DNA of 64,000 bases from the NCBI GenBank assembly GCA_037968415.1, contig JBBKVM010000136.1, positions 4,886 through 68,885 on the forward strand. The letters run 5' to 3'. The stretch comes from Bacteroidia bacterium. GTDB lineage: Bacteria > Bacteroidota > Bacteroidia > AKYH767-A > JBBKVM01. The notes beneath the pieces are model-generated. The model worked only from the letters and a program-made list of their open reading frames with translations. It searched no databases and was not told the origin of the DNA. How positions within the stretch are numbered: the first letter of the stretch is position 1; each line of letters begins with the position of its first letter. The position numbers and the translations under genes were made by a program. Below, in pieces: positions 60,401 to 64,000 of the stretch.

Positions 60401-60487
60401 CAAAACGCGCAGCAAACCGAACTCACCAAGCAGTTGCAAAGCAATTTCGCACAGCTACAAATAATGTACACGGGCGGTAAAAAATAG
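57404..60487 (+). CDS. DUF2723/TMEM260-like large polytopic membrane protein (GT-C-fold glycosyltransferase-like)
   Basis: 1027 aa. N-terminal ~550 aa with many TM helices and an early acidic motif FWDCGEF in the first loop, like the GT-C DE motif. C-terminal ~450 aa soluble and helical. Confidence 0.7.
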   Translation: MKQYSLINNILGWIIFGIAAFVFLSTIEPTASFWDCGEFIATAFKLQVGHPPGAPLFLMLSRIMSLFAGSNLEQVPVMVNILSALASAFTILFMFWTLTMIIKKMVLKEEEEMTTGAMMTILGAASVGALAYTFSDSFWFSAAEGEVYATSSFFTAFVVWAMFKWEKVADERHANRWLILIAYMMGLSIGVHLLNLLAIPALAFIYYFRKYDITRMGIIKTALAGVGILVAVQYGIIPGIVIVATKFELIFINGFGLPFGTGIIIYSILIVVGIVWGLLYTKKKNQPTYNTAILCLTFIIIGYTSFAQIVIRSSANPPMDENDPENVFSLLSYLNREQYGDRPLAYGQYYDAQVVKQEEGADTYIKGETKYVSTGKKVEATYDPKRSTVLPRMYSSQANHISAYKEWSGVKGDQKAEFSNNIKFLVSYQLGHMYWRYFMWNFAGRQNDIQGHGGITKGNWLSGINFLDEMRLGKQSELSESMRSNKAYNKFYMLPMILGLIGLLFHFKNDKHNAWIVTLIFFFTGIAIVIYLNGTPYQPRERDYAYAGSFYAFAFWIGIGALAIINFLKKYVNVKLAAPIATVACLLFVPGIMAKEGWDDHSRAHRFTSRDFATNYLNSCAPNAIIFTNGDNDTFPLWYAQEVEGVRTDVRVVNLSLLNTDWYIDQMKRKAYISDAVPFSLEHSQYVQGTRDYIPYYKRFDDSVEIKELVDFISSERTEAKVTAQSGVKLNYYPTKKFKLTVDKAAVLKNGVVKPEDADKMVDVIEWSIDKNYLMKADIMILDLLAHFAWKRPIYFAVTVNSENFLGLDDYFQLEGLGYRFVPIKTPSTSSSQPGRVEEDVMYDNMMNKFEWGNMKDPRVYLDQNNVNMTSNFRNNFGRLAESLLSAGKRDSAEKTLDKCMEEMPDATVPYNVFVIRLAELYYLCDSPLLNAGQELTASGQTRKAGATQKANEIVKRLSEIYQDDLHYYFSLKGTPFAKYVERDMNQAMAIMQELIRISQNAQQTELTKQLQSNFAQLQIMYTGGKK

Positions 60488-60495
60488 CGAATATC

Positions 60496-61110
60496 ATGTA
60501 CCTTTCATACACACCCTATTTACTTCGTAAGTTTTATGGTTCATTGATATGGAAGATGCCCAAGGCCGGCAACCGTATATATCTCACGTTTGATGACGGC
60601 CCACATGCCGAGCAAACACCCTGGGTGCTCGATATGTTGGACAAGCACCACGCGAAAGCCACTTTTTTTTGTCTGGGCAAAAACGTGGAAGCGCACCCTA
60701 CTCTTACGCACGAACTCACCGAGCGCGGCCACACGGTAGGCAACCACACCTACAACCATCTAAACGGTTGGAAAACTTCTACAACACAATACCTAAATGA
60801 CATTGCAATGTGCCGCGACAAAGTGGAATCCACTCTCTTTCGCCCACCCTACGGTCGCATTACGCGCAAACAGGTGAGCCAAATTTTACCGCACTACAAA
60901 GTGGTGATGTGGAATTTGTTAAGTGCCGATTTTGATACCAACATCGACAAGAAAAAAAGTTTGCGAAATATTGTCAACCGCGCTACAGCTGGCAGTATCA
61001 TTGTGTTTCACGACAGCGACAAAGCGGCCGAAAATCTTCGCTACCTGCTGCCGCGCACGCTCGAACACCTGTCACGACTGGGGTTCAGCTTTGCCGCCAT
61101 CCCTATGTGA
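60496..61110 (+). CDS. Polysaccharide deacetylase (NodB-homology, CE4) family protein
   Basis: 204 aa. LTFDDGP (TFDDG motif), HTYNH, RPPYG. Confidence 0.8.
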   Translation: MYLSYTPYLLRKFYGSLIWKMPKAGNRIYLTFDDGPHAEQTPWVLDMLDKHHAKATFFCLGKNVEAHPTLTHELTERGHTVGNHTYNHLNGWKTSTTQYLNDIAMCRDKVESTLFRPPYGRITRKQVSQILPHYKVVMWNLLSADFDTNIDKKKSLRNIVNRATAGSIIVFHDSDKAAENLRYLLPRTLEHLSRLGFSFAAIPM

Positions 61111-61803
61111 TGCCTTACGCGTAACGCCTTCCAGCACAATCACAAATTCACCACGAGGAGCCTGCTGTGTGAAATGCGCCAGCACTTCTTCTAACGTACC
61201 GCGTACTGTCTCTTCATACATTTTTGACAACTCGCGGCACACCGCTACCTGCCTTTGCTCGCCCATGGCGTCACTCAGCTGTTGCAATGTTTTTAGCAAT
61301 TTGTGTGGAGACTCATACAAAATGAGCGTGCGACTTTCGGTAGCGAGCTCCTGCAACCTTGTGGCACGGCCTTTCTTCAAAGGCAAAAATCCTTCGAACA
61401 CAAAACGGTCGGCCGCCAGGCCCGAACAAACCAATGCGGGAATGAGCGCAGTAGCACCGGGTAAACATTGCACTTCCACACCAGAGGCTATACATTCGCG
61501 CACCAGCAAAAACCCCGGATCAGAAATCCCTGGTGTACCAGCATCGGTAATCAACGCCATCGACTCACCGCGCACAAGCCTTGCCACCAGCGATTTTACA
61601 GCGTGGTGTTCGTTGTGTTGATGATGCGATGTCATTGGTTTTTCAATAGCAAAGTGATTGAGCAGCACCTTGCTTTTGCGCGTGTCTTCAGCCAGAATAA
61701 GGTCTACGCTTTTCAACACTTCGAGTGCGCGCAGGGTGATATCCTGCAAGTTGCCTATGGGCGTGGGTACGATGTAAAGCAATTTCGAAAAATCAATCGC
61801 CAA
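61072..61803 (-). CDS. rsmI: 16S rRNA (cytidine1402-2'-O)-methyltransferase
   Basis: 243 aa. LYIVPTPIGNLQDITLRAL..ILAEDTR tetrapyrrole-methylase fold. Its 3' end overlaps the convergent deacetylase gene by 39 nt. Confidence 0.9.
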   Translation of the reverse strand: MAIDFSKLLYIVPTPIGNLQDITLRALEVLKSVDLILAEDTRKSKVLLNHFAIEKPMTSHHQHNEHHAVKSLVARLVRGESMALITDAGTPGISDPGFLLVRECIASGVEVQCLPGATALIPALVCSGLAADRFVFEGFLPLKKGRATRLQELATESRTLILYESPHKLLKTLQQLSDAMGEQRQVAVCRELSKMYEETVRGTLEEVLAHFTQQAPRGEFVIVLEGVTRKASHRDGGKAEPQS

Positions 61804-62599
61804 ACCTGCGGCTCAGCAGTTCGTTAAACACGTCCACCGTTTGTGGCGCCTTTTCCCATTTGTACTTGCCATGCAAATTGGATTGTATAAAACTCATGGC
61901 TTCTTCGCGCGAGGACATCTCGTTGATGGTAGAAATTTTCTCGTTGTATTCCTGCAGGTTGCCATCAAACAATTCGTTGATGAACTGAAATTTCTCGTTG
62001 ATGCCGATCACACTTTTGAGGTCGGCTACTTTTTGTTTTTTGAGTTTGTCCACCACTGCCGAATCGCTGATGTTGTTGCCGGCCATTTGCTGTTGAAAAG
62101 AGGGCTTGTCTTTGAAAGATTGGGCCACAATGGGCGAATCGTCAAACAAAGTAACAGGAGCCTGCCGCGCGGGTGCGGGTTGAGTCGGAGCGGGCTGAGG
62201 TGCGACTGGCTGAGGAGTGGGCGGCTGAACTGCAGGTGCTTCTGCCGCTACCGGAGTAAACTTGGGAGCGGAAGCTTCGATGGTAGCGGGCTGTGAAGGA
62301 ATTTCTTTTTCTTCAACTACAGGTGGCGCAACGGCCGCGGGTTTGGCAGGAGCCTCTTCTTCAAACGGTGCGGGAGCCACGGTGGCCGCGGGCTGAGGTG
62401 CAGGCGCTGCCATGTGCTGCTGGCCACGGTTGGCTTCATTAAGCACCGTGAGGTGCTCATAGAGTTTTCGGATATTGGATAACACAAGGTCTAATTCTAT
62501 CTGCGGAATGCGACCTGTACGGGAAGCAATATGCTTGTGCTGTTCGGCAATGGTTTCAAGCAAGTTTGTGATTTGCTGATGGAGGTTGTTTGCGCTCAT
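61793..62599 (-). CDS. Hypothetical protein with central Pro/Ala-rich low-complexity linker
   Basis: 268 aa. Helical N-terminal ~60 aa, about 90 aa of AP/PQ-rich linker, and a conserved-looking C-terminal ~100 aa domain. The stop overlaps the rsmI start by 11 nt. Confidence 0.45.
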   Translation of the reverse strand: MSANNLHQQITNLLETIAEQHKHIASRTGRIPQIELDLVLSNIRKLYEHLTVLNEANRGQQHMAAPAPQPAATVAPAPFEEEAPAKPAAVAPPVVEEKEIPSQPATIEASAPKFTPVAAEAPAVQPPTPQPVAPQPAPTQPAPARQAPVTLFDDSPIVAQSFKDKPSFQQQMAGNNISDSAVVDKLKKQKVADLKSVIGINEKFQFINELFDGNLQEYNEKISTINEMSSREEAMSFIQSNLHGKYKWEKAPQTVDVFNELLSRRFGD

Positions 62600-62643
62600 G
62601 CTTTGCTTTTTATTTCTTAAACCTATTATTGGATCAATTATTA

Positions 62644-62651
62644 TAATTTTG
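62644..62651 (+). promoter_or_regulatory. Candidate -7 box TAATTTTG for tdk, with a divergent TAACTTTG (62691-62698, minus strand) for the hypothetical-rsmI transcript
   Basis: TAnnTTTG matches on both strands in the 127-nt divergent gap. A TTG about 19 nt upstream of the plus-strand box. Confidence 0.3.
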
Positions 62652-62726
62652 TGCGGCCGATTGGGCGAGTTGATAACGCCAAAAGTCAGTCAAAGTTACT
62701 AATTAAAATTTCCGCAGCGCGACCAC

Positions 62727-63314
62727 ATGTTTCTTGAAATCAATAAAAATCAGCACCGCAAAAAAGGCTGGATAGAAGTCATATGCGGGTCGATGTTTTC
62801 GGGCAAGACGGAGGAATTGTTGCGCAGGCTCAAGCGCGCGCGCATCGCCAAACAACAGGTGGAGATTTTTAAACCACAGGTAGACGTTCGGTATGATGAG
62901 AAGGAAGTGGTGTCGCACGATGCCAATCGCATTCAGTCTACTCCGGTTCCATTATCGAGTCATATTTTGTTGTTGGCACAAAATGTAGATGTGGTAGGTA
63001 TTGACGAAGCGCAGTTTTTTGATAATGAACTACCAATTGTGTGCAGCAAACTTGCCGATAGTGGTGTGCGTGTGATTATAGCCGGGCTCGATATGGACTT
63101 TCGCGGCAACCCTTTTGGGCCCATGCCCGCTCTGTTGGCCACGGCTGAGTATATTACCAAGGTGCATGCCATATGTATCGACTGTGGAGACCTGGCATTG
63201 AACTCCTACCGCACCAACGACAACGAATCGCTGGTGGTGCTGGGAGAGCAGGAAAGCTACATGCCGCTGTGTCGAAGTTGCTTCAATAATAGAGAACAAA
63301 TAAAAACCACATAA
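62727..63314 (+). CDS. tdk: Thymidine kinase
   Basis: 195 aa. P-loop [15 protein letters not shown]-terminal Zn-ribbon cysteines (CIDCGD..CRSCF). Confidence 0.9.
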   Translation: MFLEINKNQHRKKGWIEVICGSMFSGKTEELLRRLKRARIAKQQVEIFKPQVDVRYDEKEVVSHDANRIQSTPVPLSSHILLLAQNVDVVGIDEAQFFDNELPIVCSKLADSGVRVIIAGLDMDFRGNPFGPMPALLATAEYITKVHAICIDCGDLALNSYRTNDNESLVVLGEQESYMPLCRSCFNNREQIKTT

Positions 63315-63352
63315 ATTTACACACGGCCGCTTTTTAAATTGCCGGCAACGAA

Positions 63353-64000
63353 ATGAACACACTGGAGTACAACATAGAACGGATCGCACGAATAGTTGAA
63401 GGGAAAATTATTCTCAAAGACTCCAACAAAACGCTTACGCTACATCTTTCTACCGACAGCCGCAAAGTAGTCACACCTGAATCTACCGTGTTTTTTGCAA
63501 TCGGTGGCGAACGAAATGATGGACACGCTTTTATCATGGATTTGTATAAACGCGGAGTGTCCAACTTTGTGGTTTCAGAGTTTCCTGAACATCTCAAAAA
63601 CCTCCGCGCAAATTTCGTGGTGGTAAAAGATTCGCTCGAAGCGCTTCAACAACTTACTGCCTACCACCGCAGACAGTTTGCCATCCCAGTAGTAGCTATC
63701 ACCGGCAGCAACGGAAAAACTGTGGTTAAAGAATGGTTGTACCAGTTGCTAAGTCCTGATCAACACATTGTGCGCAGCCCCAAAAGCTACAACTCTCAAA
63801 TAGGAGTGCCGCTTTCGGTATGGCAAATGAAAGTTGATAATGAACTTGCCATTTTTGAAGCAGGCATCTCGCTGCCCGGAGAAATGACGAAGCTGCAGAA
63901 TGTGATCCATCCACAAATTGGAATCTTTACAAACATAGGGCAAGCACACGCTGAAAATTTCGAAAACACCGACCAGAAAGTGCATGAAAAACTGCAACTG
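63353..64000 (+). CDS. murF: UDP-N-acetylmuramoyl-tripeptide--D-alanyl-D-alanine ligase, N-terminal part (continues beyond the window)
   Basis: ATG 63353. MNTLEYNIERIARIVEGKII..TDSRKV..FFAIGGERNDGHAF..ITGSNGKTVVKEW is a Mur-ligase N-terminus. Not in the ORF track because the ORF has no stop inside the window. Confidence 0.85.
   Translation, partial: MNTLEYNIERIARIVEGKIILKDSNKTLTLHLSTDSRKVVTPESTVFFAIGGERNDGHAFIMDLYKRGVSNFVVSEFPEHLKNLRANFVVVKDSLEALQQLTAYHRRQFAIPVVAITGSNGKTVVKEWLYQLLSPDQHIVRSPKSYNSQIGVPLSVWQMKVDNELAIFEAGISLPGEMTKLQNVIHPQIGIFTNIGQAHAENFENTDQKVHEKLQL

Noticed and set aside
1-64000. CRISPR arrays, insertion sequences, integrases, rRNA
   Set aside because: No spaced direct-repeat arrays, transposase/integrase ORFs or rRNA-like segments were seen on either strand. 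The only simple repeats are the GGN tract (17051-17078) and short homopolymers.

Overview
This window reads as a chromosomal segment from an aerobic Bacteroidota genome. Supporting signs are UpxY-type antiterminator, SprA of the type IX secretion system (T9SS), several T9SS C-terminal-domain (CTD) cargo proteins, an alternative complex III (ACIII) plus cytochrome oxidase operon, and TAnnTTTG-type -7 promoter boxes. About 60 protein genes are called, nearly all on the minus strand in long co-directional blocks. There is one tRNA-Gln(UUG) and several clear rho-independent terminator hairpins. I found no CRISPR array, transposase, integrase or rRNA. Gene content from left to right: (1) 1-11.4 kb, a polysaccharide-type block with asnB, UpxY, gmd, fcl, a Wzi-like outer-membrane (OM) protein, then a complete PAPS-generating module (cysQ-cysN-cysD-cysC) and a SLC13 sulfate permease, with no sulfite-reduction genes; (2) 11.5-15 kb, a truncated ALDH-like gene, a full ALDH and deoC; (3) two TonB paralogs flanking a secreted DinB-family protein; (4) a sprA-gcvH-vanZ-tonB string; (5) ruvA and maeB; (6) an accessory-looking T9SS cargo cluster (a β-propeller protein and a small CTD protein) followed by a module of TlpA-like thioredoxin, a DUF6029-like OM barrel and two Omp28-related CxxC proteins; (7) ubiX, queG, ruvB; (8) coxI and coxII downstream of the ACIII genes actA-actF; (9) a SPOR-domain gene; (10) the rimP-nusA-infB operon preceded by a small Cys-repeat lipoprotein and tRNA-Gln; (11) a SAM methyltransferase, a 1027-aa DUF2723/TMEM260-like GT-C membrane protein, a polysaccharide deacetylase, rsmI, a Pro/Ala-rich hypothetical, tdk and the start of murF. 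Several of the longest ORFs in the supplied track begin with TTG. I re-placed starts at in-frame ATGs where a signal peptide or homology supported it. The most interesting candidates for undescribed biology are the TlpA/DUF6029/Omp28 thiol-redox-like envelope module, the ALDH plus catalytically incomplete ALDH-like pair coupled to deoC, the PAPS module embedded in a fucose/polysaccharide block, and the DUF2723 GT-C protein.
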